Both the position numbers and the translations under genes were made by a program. Below are positions 52,353-63,540 of a stretch of 64,000 nucleotides of DNA, piece after piece (position 1 is the first letter of the stretch; the number at the start of each line of letters is the position of its first letter). The DNA is from an uncultured Acidobacteriota bacterium. Lineage in GTDB: Bacteria > Acidobacteriota > Vicinamibacteria > Vicinamibacterales > 2-12-FULL-66-21. The notes beneath the pieces are model-generated. The model had not been told where the DNA came from. It was given only the letters and a program-made list of their open reading frames with translations, and made no database searches. The stretch spans positions 150,234 through 214,233 of the forward strand of contig CAVQAH010000024.1 in NCBI GenBank assembly GCA_963710415.1, in the 5' to 3' direction.

Positions 52353-52560
52353 GGACAGTGAGCTTAGCGTACAGGCCGAGCACATCCCTGTTCGGAATCC
52401 GCCCCGGCATCCGTCCCTAAACCATAGGCAACGCAGGGACTTCTCCGGCCCAGGAAACGAAACTTCCGGAGTCGATCAGTCGTATTATTCCGGTACAATT
52501 GGCCAGAATTGTTCGGGCGCCTATGCGCTCACCACAGGTCAGACTCACTCCACGATTACC

Positions 52561-53302
52561 ATGACTGACACCTCCAACCCGTCCGGGGCGACCTCTGTGC
52601 CAGCGCAGGGGCTGCTGTCACGATTCATCGGCATCATTACGTCCCCCAAGGCGACGTTCCAGGCCGTCGTGGCGCACCCGCGATGGTTCGGGATATTCGC
52701 GCTGACGACGCTGATCGTCGCGTGCTGTACCGTCGCTGCCCATGTTCACGGAGTCCGGACGGCAGGCGGCCCTCGATCAGCAGGTGCATCAGATGGAATC
52801 GTTCGGCATGAAGATCGACGAAGCGGCGTACGCGCGCATGGAACAGGGAATGGCCATCGCCCCGTACACGACGTTCGCCGGCGTCGTGATCGTGACGCCG
52901 ATCTTCGTCCTGATCGTCAGTGGGATTCTGTTCGTCGTGTTCAACGCGATCATGGGTGGTACGTCGACGTTCAAGCAGTTGTTCAGCGTGATCGTCCACG
53001 CCGGCGTGATTTCGGCGCTGGCGCAGCTGTTCACGGCGCCGTTGAACTACATGTCGGGCAGCATGTCCGGCAAGACGAACCTGGCTGTTCTCTTGCCCAT
53101 GATCGACGAGAACTCGTTCCTTGGATCGTTGCTGGGCACGATCGATCTGTTCATGGTGTGGTACGTCATCGTGCTGGCCATCGGCCTGGCGGTGCTCTAC
53201 AAGCGGCGGACGCAAAGAATTGCGATCGGCCTGTTTGCGGTCTACGCCGTCATCGGGGTGTGCATCGCCTTGTTCAAGAGCAGCTTCGGAGGAAGTAATT
53301 GA
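52561..53302 (+). CDS. Yip1-domain membrane protein, one frame break
   Basis: The ATG at 52561 opens 'MTDTSNPSG...LLSRFIGIITSPKATFQAVVAHPRW' in ORF 52351..53298. The remainder is in ORF 52742..53302 ('FAGVVIVTPIFVLIVSGILFVVFNAIMGG'). The break is near 52745. Confidence 0.7.
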
Positions 53303-54645
53303 GTCGGAACAAGAAGATCCTGATCGGCGTCGGCGTCGTCGTCCTCCTTGCGCGCGATCGTCTTCGCGAACCTCAAGTTCAAGCGGACCGAAGGTGTGAC
53401 CGTCAACACCGAAACGATCAAGAAGCAGAACCTCGAGGCGCTGGTCTCGGCCTCGGGCAAGATCCAGCCGACCCGGTCGGTCAACATCAGCGCCGATACC
53501 ATGGGCCGAGTGACCAACCTGGCGGTCAACGAAGGCGATCGGGTCAAGCGCGATCAGTTCCTGCTGCAGATCGATCCGCGCAACCTGCGAACGGCGGTGC
53601 AGCGGACCGAAGCCTCGCTGGCGGCGGCGACGATCGCAGATGGAACAACTGCGCCTCTCGCTCGAAAGCGCACAGGTCGCGGTCAAGCAGGCGGAAGAGA
53701 ACTTGAAGCGCCAGCAGGATCTCTGGAAGGGCGGCCTGACGACGCGCGAGTTGCTCGAGCGGACCGAGCACGATCTGAAGATCCGGCAGGCGGACCTGCG
53801 GTCGCAGGAACAGCAGGTCAAGACACAAGAGCTGCGGATGCAGCAGGAGAGCGCGACGGCGGAAAGCGCGCGCTTCGACCTGAGCAAGGTCCGCATCGAA
53901 TCGCCCATCGACGGCATCGTCACCCGGCGCAACATCGAGGAAGGCGAAACCGTCGTCATCGGCACGATGAACAACGCCGGCACGGTGTTGCTTACCATCG
54001 CCGACATGTCAGTGATTCAGGCCGAAGTCGACGTGGACGAGACCGATATTCCGAGCATTCAGATCGGCCAGCGGGCGAAGATCGCGATCGATGCGTTGCC
54101 GGGGAAAACATTCACCGGCAAGGTCACCGAGATCGGCAACAGCCCGATTCAGGCAGCCGGCCAGTCGACGGCACAGAGCACGCAGGCCACGAACTTCAAA
54201 GTCGTCGTCACGCTGGATTCAGAGATCGCGGAGGTGCGGCCCGGCTTCACGTGCACCGCGGAAATCACGACCGCCGTCCGCGAAAACGTTGTCGCCGTGC
54301 CGATCCAGGCGCTCGCCGTGCGCGAACTCATCTCACGACGAGAAGGGGCAGATCGTCCGTCCCAAGAAGGAGGATCGCCCGCGGCGTCCCGGCATCACGA
54401 GCGCGTCTGCCGAGGAACTACCGAAAGGACAGACGCGAAAGGAAGAGGAAGGCGTTTTCGTCGCCCGCGACACGACCGTCGAGTTCGTTCCGGTGAAGAC
54501 CGGGATCGCCGGCGACAAGTACTTTGAAGTGCTCGCCGGGTTGAAGGAAGGCGACAAGGTCGTTGTCGGGCCCTTCAACTCCGTGCGCAATCTCGCCGAC
54601 GGCGACTGCAATCAAGGTGGCGGCGGCCACACCGACACGGCGGCC

Positions 54646-54649
<4 letters not shown>
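53299..54649 (+). CDS. Efflux periplasmic adaptor (HlyD/MacA-like), about four frame breaks
   Basis: Pieces lie in ORFs 53299.., 53348.. ('VSASGKIQPTRSVNISADTMGRVTNLAVNEGDRVKRDQFLLQIDP'), 53640.. (coiled-coil hairpin, 'IESPIDGIVTRRNIEEGETV') and 54091.. ('VEFVPVKTGIAGDKYFEVLAGLKEGDKVVV'). The likely C-terminus 'DAIKVAAATPTRRP*' overlaps the next ATG (ATGA). Confidence 0.75.
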
Positions 54650-55873
<1,224 letters not shown>

Positions 55874-55946
55874 GCACCGGGCCGCCGACACAACGCCGCC
55901 GCGTAGCGGCTCGCTTCGGGCGGGCCTTTTCGCCGAGATCCTGACC

Positions 55947-57179
55947 ATGGCGTTCGATACGTTGCGCGCCAACAAGCTGCGCTCCGCGCTGACGATTCTC
56001 GGCGTGGTGATCGGCGTGACGTCGATCGTCGCGATGACCTCCCTCATCCGCGGTTTCGGGGATCAGATGTACCAGCTGATCCGGCAGATGGGCTCCGACA
56101 CGGTTTACCTGCAGAAGTTCGGCATGGGCAGCTTTGCGAGCGGACGCAGTTTTCTCGACGTACTGAAGCGCCCCAACCTGTCCGAGGAGGACGCCAAAGC
56201 GATCGTGAAGGGGGCGCCGTCGGTGTCGATGGTGGGGCTGCAGCTTGGTGGCGGCCCGGGATCCCAACCCCAGCGCATGACCTATGGCAACCAGTCCACC
56301 AAGCAAATGATGGTCATGGGCGCGAGCGCGAACTTCGCCGATACGAACTATATCGCTCTGGAGAACGGCCGGTTCTTCAGCGACTACGAGGTCTCGCATC
56401 GTCGGGCCGTCGTCGTGCTCGGCTATGCGCCGGCCTCGACGCTGTTTCCCAATCTCGATCCGATCGGCAAGCGCGTCCGGATCGGCTCGACGGAGTTCAC
56501 CGTCGTCGGCACCTTGGGCAAGCGGCCGAGCCCGCTCGGCAATCCCGACGAGTTCGCGGTCATTCCCCTGACGACTTACGAGAAGCTTTTCCGGTCGCCG
56601 GTGATTCGCGGCATCCTGACACGGTTCCTGACGATCACGGTCGTACCCCGAGCGGGCGTGCCGAGCGACCAGGTCATTCGCGAGATCGAGGATGTGATGC
56701 GCAGCCGCCATCGGCTGCGGCTCGACGAAGAAAACGACTTCGACATGTTGACGTCCGACGCGGTGATGAAGATCGTCGATCAGCTCACCCAGGCCGTCGC
56801 GCTGGCGCTCGTCGTGATCTCGTCCATCGCGTTGCTGGTCGGCGGCATCGGCGTCATGGCGATCATGACCATTTCCGTGACCGAGCGTACGCGCGAGATC
56901 GGCATCCGCAAGGCGATTGGCGCGCGCCGCCGTGAAATCCTGGTCCAGTTTCTCCTCGAGGCAGTCTTCCTGACGTCGGTGGGGGGGCTGCTCGGCATCC
57001 TGCTCGGGAGCGGAATCGGCCTCGTCGTCAACCAGCTCGCCAACTTCCCCGTGTCGTTGCCGTTGTGGTCGTTCGCGCTGGGCTTCGCGTTCTCGGCGAC
57101 GGTCGGCATTTTCTTCGGCATGTATCCCGCGGTCCGCGCCTCCCGGCTCGACCCGATCGAGGCGCTGCGGTACGAATAG
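55947..57179 (+). CDS. MacB/FtsX-type ABC permease (no ATPase domain), intact
   Basis: ORF 55947..57179 (410 aa) with 'MAFDTLRANKLRSALTILGVVIGVTSIVAMTSL' and 'VTERTREIGIRKAIGARRREI'. Confidence 0.85.
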   Translation: MAFDTLRANKLRSALTILGVVIGVTSIVAMTSLIRGFGDQMYQLIRQMGSDTVYLQKFGMGSFASGRSFLDVLKRPNLSEEDAKAIVKGAPSVSMVGLQLGGGPGSQPQRMTYGNQSTKQMMVMGASANFADTNYIALENGRFFSDYEVSHRRAVVVLGYAPASTLFPNLDPIGKRVRIGSTEFTVVGTLGKRPSPLGNPDEFAVIPLTTYEKLFRSPVIRGILTRFLTITVVPRAGVPSDQVIREIEDVMRSRHRLRLDEENDFDMLTSDAVMKIVDQLTQAVALALVVISSIALLVGGIGVMAIMTISVTERTREIGIRKAIGARRREILVQFLLEAVFLTSVGGLLGILLGSGIGLVVNQLANFPVSLPLWSFALGFAFSATVGIFFGMYPAVRASRLDPIEALRYE

Positions 57180-57184
57180 AGCGG

Positions 57185-57233
57185 CCAGCTGCCAGCTACC
57201 AGCTGCCAGCTGCCAGCTACCAGCTACCAGCTA
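57185..57233. repeat. Heptamer array CCAGCT(G/A) x7 (left flank of four-helix-bundle gene)
   Basis: 'CCAGCTG CCAGCTA CCAGCTG CCAGCTG CCAGCTA CCAGCTA CCAGCTA' read directly. Confidence 0.9.
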
Positions 57234-57302
57234 CATGTTGAGTTCCCTCCTACCTGAGCATCAAGATTGCAGGCTGCGGCGCGTCTCATTCAGGAGGACG
57301 CG

Positions 57303-57658
57303 ATGAAAGACTACCGCAAGCTCGTGGTGTGGCAGAAAGCGCACATGCTCACGCTGCAGACGTACGAACTTTCTCCGCACTTACAGAAACCCGAAGCGTG
57401 GCCTCTGCGCGATCAGCTGTTGCGAGCAGCGATCTCGATTCCCTCCAACATCGCTGAAGGCGCCGGCCGCGGCACCGATCCAGACTTTCGTAGATTTCTA
57501 TGGCATTCCTTGGGTTCGTCGAACGAACTTGAGTATGATCTCCTTCTTGCCCGAGACCTCCGGTTCCTGCAGGGTGACATTGCATTGCCGGCTCACCGGC
57601 GCAGCTGGAGGAGGTCCGGCGGATGCTCACGGGCCTCGTACAGTCGTTGAACTCGTGA
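57303..57658 (+). CDS. Four-helix-bundle protein (23S rRNA intervening-sequence protein / Avd-like family, PF05635-type), one frame break
   Basis: ORF 57267..57650, from the Met at 57303. It reads 'MKDYRKLVVWQKAHMLTLQTYELS...LRDQLLRAAISIPSNIAEGAGRGTDPDFRRFLWHSLGSSNELEYDLLLARDL'. A family-typical C-terminus 'AQLEEVRRMLTGLVQSLNS*' is in another frame, with a break near 57590. Confidence 0.75.
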
Positions 57659-57673
57659 TAACGCCGAGTCGCC

Positions 57674-57722
57674 GGCAGCTGGCCGCTGGCAGCTGGCGAC
57701 TGGCAGCTGGATGCTGGCAGCT
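57674..57722. repeat. Heptamer array GGCAGCT-type x7 (right flank, inverted relative to the left flank)
   Basis: 'GGCAGCT GGCCGCT GGCAGCT GGCGACT GGCAGCT GGATGCT GGCAGCT'. It contains 'GGCAGCTGG', the reverse complement of 'CCAGCTGCC' in the left array. Confidence 0.9.
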
Positions 57723-57740
57723 GACGCGGAGGTTGCCCTT

Positions 57741-59828
57741 ATGAAGGTCTATGACGCTCAAACATTGAGAAATGTGGCGCTCGTCGGTCATTCGGGCGCC
57801 GGCAAGACGCAGCTCCTTTCGGCGCTGCTCTTCGACGCCGGCGCTGTCAACCGTCTGGGTCGGGTCGACGATGGCTCGAGCGTGACCGACTACGACGAAG
57901 AAGAAATCGCCCGCAAACACACCCTCTCGTCCAGCCTCGCCTACGCTGAATGGAACAAGAACAAGATCAATTTCATCGACACGCCGGGAATGGCGAACTT
58001 CCTGAGCGAAGCGCGCGCGACGCTGCGCGTGGTGGATACCGCTCTGGTCGTCGTCGACGCCGTGTCCGGCGTTCAGGTATCGACCGAAAAGGTGTGGGCT
58101 ATTGCCGATGAGCTCGAGGTGCCCCGGCTCGTCGTGCTCAACCGCGTGGATCGCGAGCGCGCCAGCCTCGATCGGTCTCTGGATTCACTGCGCACGGTGT
58201 TCGGTCGCGCCGTCGTGCCGATTCAGCTGCCCATCGGTGAAGAGAAGTCGTTCCGTGGAGTCGTCGATCTCGTGGCCATGAAGGCCTATACATTCGCCAC
58301 CGACGGCAGCGGCAAGCCGACCGAAGGAGCGATTCCCGCCGAGCTCGAGTCGCGCCGCCAAGACCGCCCGTGAGGCGCTCATCGAAATGGTCGCGGAAGC
58401 CGACGATTCGCTCATGGAGAAGTTTTTCGAGGCCGGCACGCTCACGCAGGACGAGCTGGTCGGCGGGCTCAAGCGCGGGCTTCAGCGCCGCGCGGGTTTT
58501 CCCCCTCGTCTGCACGTCAGGCATCACGAATGTCGGCATCCAGCCGCTGCTCGACGCCATCGTCACCTACGTGCCTTCACCGGCCGAACGGCCGTTCAAG
58601 GTGGACGATGCGACGATCGCGAGCACGGACAATGGGTCGAGCGCAGCGTTCGTCTGGAAGACGGTGGCTGACCCCTTCGCCGGCCGCATCACGATGTTCC
58701 GCGTCGTCTCGGGAACGATCAAGGCCGACTCGACGCTGCACAACGTGACCAGGGACGTCAGCGAGCGCCTTGGCCATGTCGTGCTGCTCCAGGGCAAGAC
58801 GCAGAGCAACGTCCCCGAGATCAAGGCGGGCGATGTCGGCGCGGTCGCCAAGCTGAAGGAAACGCAGACGAGCGACTTGCTGGCTGACAAGGGCGTCAAA
58901 TTCAAGATCTCGCCGATCAAGTTCCCCGAACCGGTCATTTCGTACGCGATCGAGCCGAAGAGCCGGGCCGACGAGGAAAAGATCAGCACGTCTTTGCACC
59001 GGTCTGCAGGAAGAGGATCCGAGCATCAGCTACAACCGCGACGCGCAGACGAAGGAACTGCTGCTGGCCGGTCAGGGGCAGTCGCACATCGAAGTCACCG
59101 TCGCCAAGCTGAAGCGGCGCTTCGGGGTCGAAGTGAACCTGAAGCTTCCGCGCATTCCCTACCGCGAAACGATCACCGCGGCAACCGAAGCGCACGGGCG
59201 TCACAAGAAGCAGACCGGCGGCCACGGGCAGTTCGGCGACTGCAAGGTGAAGTTCGAGCCGCTGCCGCGCGGCGCCGACTTCGAGTTCGTGGACGACATC
59301 TTCGGCGGGTCGATCCCGCGTCAGTACATACCTGCCGTCGAGAAAGGTCTGCAGGACGCGCGACTGCGCGGTTTCCTCGCCGGCTTCCCGATGGTGGATT
59401 TCCGCGCGACGGTGTTCGACGGCTCGTTCCACCCGGTCGATTCGAACGAGCTTTCGTTCAAGATGGCCGCGTCCCTGGCGTTCAAGGACGGCATGTCCCG
59501 CGCGCGCCCGACGCTGCTCGAACCGGTGATGGACGTCGAGGTGTACGCGCCGAGCGATTTCGCGGGTGATTTGATGGGCGACCTGAACAGCCGCCGCGGA
59601 CGCATCGGAGGAATGGATACGCGCGGCGTTTCGACGATCATCCGCGCGAAGGTGCCGATGTCCGAGATGCTGACCTACGAACAGCACCTCACGTCAGCCA
59701 CTGGCGGCCGCGGCTCGTATCACATGGAGTTTTCGCACTACGAAGAGGTGCCGTCACACCTGCACAGCAAGATCATCGCAGCGTCGAAGGCTGAGCGTGG
59801 AGGACACGAGGCGGCTGAGGAGTCCTGA
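57741..59828 (+). CDS. Elongation factor G family GTPase (EF-G paralog type), three frame breaks
   Basis: The Met at 57741 opens '[31 protein letters not shown]...[12 protein letters not shown]...VLNRVDRE' in ORF 57711..58373. The middle is in ORFs 58387.. and 58370... Domains IV-V are in ORF 59133..59828 ('[17 protein letters not shown]...[15 protein letters not shown]'). Breaks are near 58350, 58480 and 59000. Confidence 0.85.
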
Positions 59829-59830
59829 GA

Positions 59831-59965
59831 ATCGGAAATCGGACATCGGAAATCGGAAATCGGAAATCGGACATCGGACATCGGACATGGAATCCGATTG
59901 TTCGACACTGAGTCGCCCGATTGTCGACTATCCGATGTCCGATGTCCGATGTCCGATTTCCGATT
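59831..59965. repeat. Large heptamer palindrome (ATCGGAA/ATCGGAC x8 opposite TCCGATG/TCCGATT x5)
   Basis: The left arm is 'ATCGGAA ATCGGAC ATCGGAA ATCGGAA ATCGGAA ATCGGAC ATCGGAC ATCGGAC'. A ~44-nt centre separates it from the right arm 'TCCGATG TCCGATG TCCGATG TCCGATT TCCGATT'. It lies between the convergent EF-G gene and rplQ. Confidence 0.9.
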
Positions 59966-60593
59966 AAGAGCCGCCGGCTTTACGTGGCGATGACGTCTTG
60001 GCGCCTTTGCCGCGGGTATCGGCACGGCCACCCTTGACGCGCTCCCGGTCCGGCTTGGCTTTGCGGGTCGTTTCCTCGCCAGTCTCGCCTTCCGCGTCGG
60101 CTTTCTTGCCGCGCAGCCGTTCCGCAGCGGCGCGCAGGCGTCCGCCCACACCCTTGGCCTTCGGCTTCGCTGCCGCCTCGGACTTCTCGGTCTCGGCGTT
60201 GGGATTGAACTCGCTGCCGACGAGCTCGATCTGTGCGACTTCCGCGCTGTCGCCGCGGCGGTAACCAATCCGCAGAATACGGGTGTAGCCGCCAGGCCGC
60301 CCCTCGAAGCGGGGCGCGAGCGTGTCGAAGAGCTTCGCCACGACGTCGCGGTCCTGCAGGTCGCGAAGCACGAGCCGCCGCGCGTGCAGTGTCTTGCCGT
60401 TCTCGCCGCCGCCGGCAATGCCACGTTTGGCGATGGTGATGATCCGCTCCACGAACGGACGCAGCTCTTTTGCGCGCGGAACCGTCGTTTCGAGGTGCTC
60501 GTATCGGAGCAGCTCCTGCGCCTGGTTCCGGAGCATCGCGATACGATGATTCGTCACGCGCCCGAGCTTACGATGGCCTACTCTGTGTCTCAT
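59964..60593 (-). CDS. rplQ: 50S ribosomal protein L17 with ~85-aa Lys/Ala/Glu-rich C-terminal extension
   Basis: ORF 59964..60593 (209 aa). It reads 'MRHRVGHRKLGRVTNHRIAMLRNQAQELLRYEHLETTVPRAKELRPFVERIIT'. Confidence 0.95.
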   Translation of the reverse strand: MRHRVGHRKLGRVTNHRIAMLRNQAQELLRYEHLETTVPRAKELRPFVERIITIAKRGIAGGGENGKTLHARRLVLRDLQDRDVVAKLFDTLAPRFEGRPGGYTRILRIGYRRGDSAEVAQIELVGSEFNPNAETEKSEAAAKPKAKGVGGRLRAAAERLRGKKADAEGETGEETTRKAKPDRERVKGGRADTRGKGAKTSSPRKAGGS

Positions 60594-60614
60594 TGCCGTG
60601 ATCCTTGTTGCTTG

Positions 60615-60699
60615 CCGGGGACTCGCGCTCGGATCCGTCGTCGGGTGGCTCGGCGCGACGGACTTCGAGCACCGAGTCCCGAGCCCCGAGTCCCGGCAC
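60615..60699. repeat. Inverted heptamer element (CCGAGTC type) in the rpoA-rplQ spacer
   Basis: 'CCGGGGACTCGCGCTCGG' (60615-32) is complementary to 'CCGAGTC CCGAGCC CCGAGTC CCGG' (60672-95). Confidence 0.7.
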
Positions 60700-60707
60700 G
60701 ATCTAGT

Positions 60708-61754
60708 CTACTCCTGAGACTGCGCTGCCGGCTGATCGAGCCGCATGCCGAGGCTCAGACCCATGCCCGTCAGGATTTCCTTGATCTCGTTCAGCGACTT
60801 TCTGCCGAAGTTCTTGGTCTTCAGCATCTCGCCTTCGCTCTTCTGCACGAGCTCGCGGATGGTCCTGATGTTCGCGTTCTTCAGGCAGTTGTACGACCGC
60901 ACCGACAGCTCGAGCTCCTCGACGCTCTTGTCGAGATTCTCGTTGAGCGCCGCGCGCGGCGTATCGGACGACGCGTCCTGCTGCATGTCGCCGGACTCTT
61001 CGAGGTTGATGAAGATGTTCAGGTGGTCGCGAATCAGCTTGGCCGAGAGCGACATCGCATCGCGCGGCGTCACCGATCCGTTCGTCCACACGTCCACCGT
61101 CAGCTTGTCGTAGTCGGTGGCCTGACCGATACGCGCCGCCTCGACCAGGTAGTTCACCTTCTTGATCGGGGAGTGCACGGAGTCGATCGGGATCCAGCCG
61201 ATGCCGAGATCCTCGTCGAAGTTCTTGTCCGCCGCCACGTAGCCACGGCCGCGCTTCACGCGCATCTCCATGTGCAGCTTGCCGCCCTCGGCCACGGTCG
61301 CGATGTGCGCTTCGGGCTCGAGGATTTCGACGTCGGCGTCGGTCTCGATGTCGCGAGCCTTGACCGGGCCCGCCTTGTCCACGCGCAGATACAGCGTCTT
61401 GGTCATGTCGACGTGCATCTTGAGCGGAATCTGCTTGAGGTTGAGGATGATATCCGTCGCGTCCTCGACGACCCCGGGGATCGGAGAGAACTCGTGCAGG
61501 ACGCTGTCGATCTTCACCGCGGTGACGGCAGCGCCGTCAATCGAGGAGAGGAGCACGCGCCGCAGCGCGTTGCCGATCGTCGTCCCGAACCCGCGCTCGA
61601 AGGGCTGCGCGTAGAACCGTCCGAACCTGTCCGTGAGCGTCTCGCGCTCGAACTCGAGCCGCTTCGGCCGCTGAAAACCTTTCCAGAGCATTCTGTCCGT
61701 TCCTTTCGCGTTCATGCGCCCGACTTCCGGACGCCGCCAGACCTTCGGGTTCAC
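60708..61754 (-). CDS. rpoA: DNA-directed RNA polymerase subunit alpha
   Basis: ORF 60708..61754. The probable start is the Met at 61691 ('[15 protein letters not shown]') or at 61715. Contains '[16 protein letters not shown]' and the C-terminal domain '[23 protein letters not shown]'. Confidence 0.95.
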   Translation of the reverse strand: MNPKVWRRPEVGRMNAKGTDRMLWKGFQRPKRLEFERETLTDRFGRFYAQPFERGFGTTIGNALRRVLLSSIDGAAVTAVKIDSVLHEFSPIPGVVEDATDIILNLKQIPLKMHVDMTKTLYLRVDKAGPVKARDIETDADVEILEPEAHIATVAEGGKLHMEMRVKRGRGYVAADKNFDEDLGIGWIPIDSVHSPIKKVNYLVEAARIGQATDYDKLTVDVWTNGSVTPRDAMSLSAKLIRDHLNIFINLEESGDMQQDASSDTPRAALNENLDKSVEELELSVRSYNCLKNANIRTIRELVQKSEGEMLKTKNFGRKSLNEIKEILTGMGLSLGMRLDQPAAQSQE

Positions 61755-61800
61755 TCCCCGCCTCCCGCCGCAGGTCTGGGATGGCTGCGGGCGAGGAGCT

Positions 61801-61967
61801 AGCTACTGACGTGCTTACGTGCGACGCTGCTGCACGTGCTACGTGCCACTCCATGCCGATTGTGACGTGCTTACATGCGACATGCGCACGTGCCGTGACA
61901 CGGCAATGGCACGTGACAGGCAGCACGTGCGCACCGTGAGCACGTCCGCACGTAAGCACGTGACACT
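61801..61967. repeat. ACGTGC-type heptamer array in the rpsD-rpoA spacer
   Basis: About 165 nt of units such as 'GACGTGC TTACGTG ... GCACGTG CTACGTG CCAC ... GGCACGT GACAGGC AGCACGT GCGCACC GTGAGCA CGTCCGC ACGTAAG CACGTGA'. The region is self-complementary because it is ACGT/CACGTG-rich. Confidence 0.75.
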
Positions 61968-62597
61968 TCACTTGCTATACAACTCCACAATCAGCTGTTC
62001 CTGCACGGGCAGGTTGATCTGCTCGCGTGTGGGCAACGACTGAATCCGTCCGGTCATGTTGCCGGCGTCGAACTGCAGCCAGTCCGGGATGCCGCGTCCT
62101 TTGACCTCTTCGATCGCGTGCTGGATCGCCGTGTTCTGGGCGCTCGTGCCGCGGACCGTGATCACGTCACCTGCCTTCACCGAGTAGGAGGGCACGTCGA
62201 CCTTGCGCCCGTTGACCAGGAAGTGCCCGTGGCGAACGAGCTGGCGCGCCTGCGGACGCGAGGTGGACAGGCCGAGGCGGTAGATGACGTTGTCGAGCCG
62301 TCGCTCGAGCAGCTGCAGCAGCGTCTCGCCGGTGATCCCGCGGGTGCGGTCGGCCATCTCGAAGTAGCGCCGGAACTGGTTCTCCAGCACGCCATAGATG
62401 CGCTTGACCTTCTGCTTCTCGCGGAGCTGCAGCCCGTAGCCCACGAGCTTCGCCTTGCGCAGCTTGCCATGCTGCCCCGGCGGCAGGTTGCGCTTCTCGA
62501 TGGCGCACTTCTCCGTGTAGCAGCGCTCTCCCTTCAGAAAGAGCTTCATCCCTTCGCGCCGGCAGAGCCGGCAGACCGCTCCGATGTAACGTGCCAT
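61968..62597 (-). CDS. rpsD: 30S ribosomal protein S4
   Basis: ORF 61968..62597 (209 aa) with '[36 protein letters not shown]'. Confidence 0.95.
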   Translation of the reverse strand: MARYIGAVCRLCRREGMKLFLKGERCYTEKCAIEKRNLPPGQHGKLRKAKLVGYGLQLREKQKVKRIYGVLENQFRRYFEMADRTRGITGETLLQLLERRLDNVIYRLGLSTSRPQARQLVRHGHFLVNGRKVDVPSYSVKAGDVITVRGTSAQNTAIQHAIEEVKGRGIPDWLQFDAGNMTGRIQSLPTREQINLPVQEQLIVELYSK

Positions 62598-62618
62598 TCT
62601 TTTGTCCTTCTGTCCACT

Positions 62619-62696
62619 GCAAGCTCCAGCTCTCAGCTTCAGCCCCTCGACGTCACTGCGCTCACCGCCCGACCTGAAGCTGGCAGCTGGAGCTGC
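62619..62696. repeat. ~23-bp-stem hairpin of CAGCT-type heptamers in the rpsK-rpsD spacer
   Basis: 'GCAAGCTCCAGCTCTCAGCTTCAG' and 'CTGAAGCTGGCAGCTGGAGCTGC' pair at about 21 of 24 positions, with a 31-nt loop. Confidence 0.8.
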
Positions 62697-63151
62697 TACA
62701 CTCGCCGACGCTTCGGTGGCCGGCAGCCGTTGTGCGGAATCGGCGTGACGTCGCGGATCGACTTCACGTCGATCCCGATCGTCTGCAGGGCGCGAATCGC
62801 CGACTCGCGTCCGGCGCCCGGGCCCTTGACGCGCACTTCGACACTACGCATGCCGAATGCCTTGGCCGCATTACCAGCCGCGATCGCCGCCTGCGTCGCC
62901 GCGAACGGCGTCCCCTTGCGCGATCCCTTGAACCCGATACCGCCGGCGCTCGACCATGCCACCACCGCCCCCTCGGGATCGGTGATCGTCACGATCGTGT
63001 TGTTGAAGGAAGCCTGGATATGCGCGAACCCGTGGTGCACGATGCGCTTCTCGCCACGCTTCTTGAACGTCTTCTTTTTCGTCGGGCGTCCGGCCGGTTT
63101 TTTTCCGCCTTCAGCCGGTGCTGTCGGATCTACGGGGTCATTTTTTGCCAT
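62696..63151 (-). CDS. rpsK: 30S ribosomal protein S11 (about 20-aa N-terminal extension)
   Basis: ORF 62696..63151 (151 aa) with '[42 protein letters not shown]...[16 protein letters not shown]'. Confidence 0.95.
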   Translation of the reverse strand: MAKNDPVDPTAPAEGGKKPAGRPTKKKTFKKRGEKRIVHHGFAHIQASFNNTIVTITDPEGAVVAWSSAGGIGFKGSRKGTPFAATQAAIAAGNAAKAFGMRSVEVRVKGPGAGRESAIRALQTIGIDVKSIRDVTPIPHNGCRPPKRRRV

Positions 63152-63155
63152 GTGT

Positions 63156-63531
63156 CTACACCGTCTTCTTCTTCGCGATCGCGCCCTTGCGCGGACCCTT
63201 CCGCGTACGCGCGTTGGTGCGCGTCCGCTGTCCGCGCACCGGGAGGTTCCGCCGGTGGCGCATCCCGCGCCAGCTGCCGATTTCCATCAGCCGCTTGATG
63301 TTCATCGAGATCTCCTTGCGGAGATCGCCCTCGACGCGGCCCTGTTCCTCGATCACGCGGCTGATCTTGCGGACGTCGTCTTCAGAGAGGTCCTTGACGC
63401 GGATGTCCCCGCTCACAGCCTGCCTCGCCGAGGATGTCGTTCGACCGTTTCCGTCCGATCCCGTAGATGTAGGTCAGGCCGACCTCGATCCGCTTCGTCC
63501 GTGGAAGATCCACACCAGCTATACGTGCCAT
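63156..63531 (-). CDS. rpsM: 30S ribosomal protein S13, one frame break
   Basis: ORF 63156..63416 has '...[42 protein letters not shown]'. The N-terminus '[34 protein letters not shown]', from the ATG at 63531, is in another frame. The break is near 63420. Confidence 0.9.
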
Positions 63532-63540
63532 ATCTTTGAT

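Noticed and set aside
57303-57658. The four-helix-bundle gene as the Avd component of a diversity-generating retroelement.
   Set aside because: No reverse transcriptase ORF and no template/variable repeat pair is visible within several kb. The flanking repeats are heptamer arrays, not TR/VR.
59831-59965. Heptamer arrays as CRISPR arrays.
   Set aside because: The units are 7 nt, directly abutting with no unique spacers, and no cas genes are present. They do not fit CRISPR architecture.
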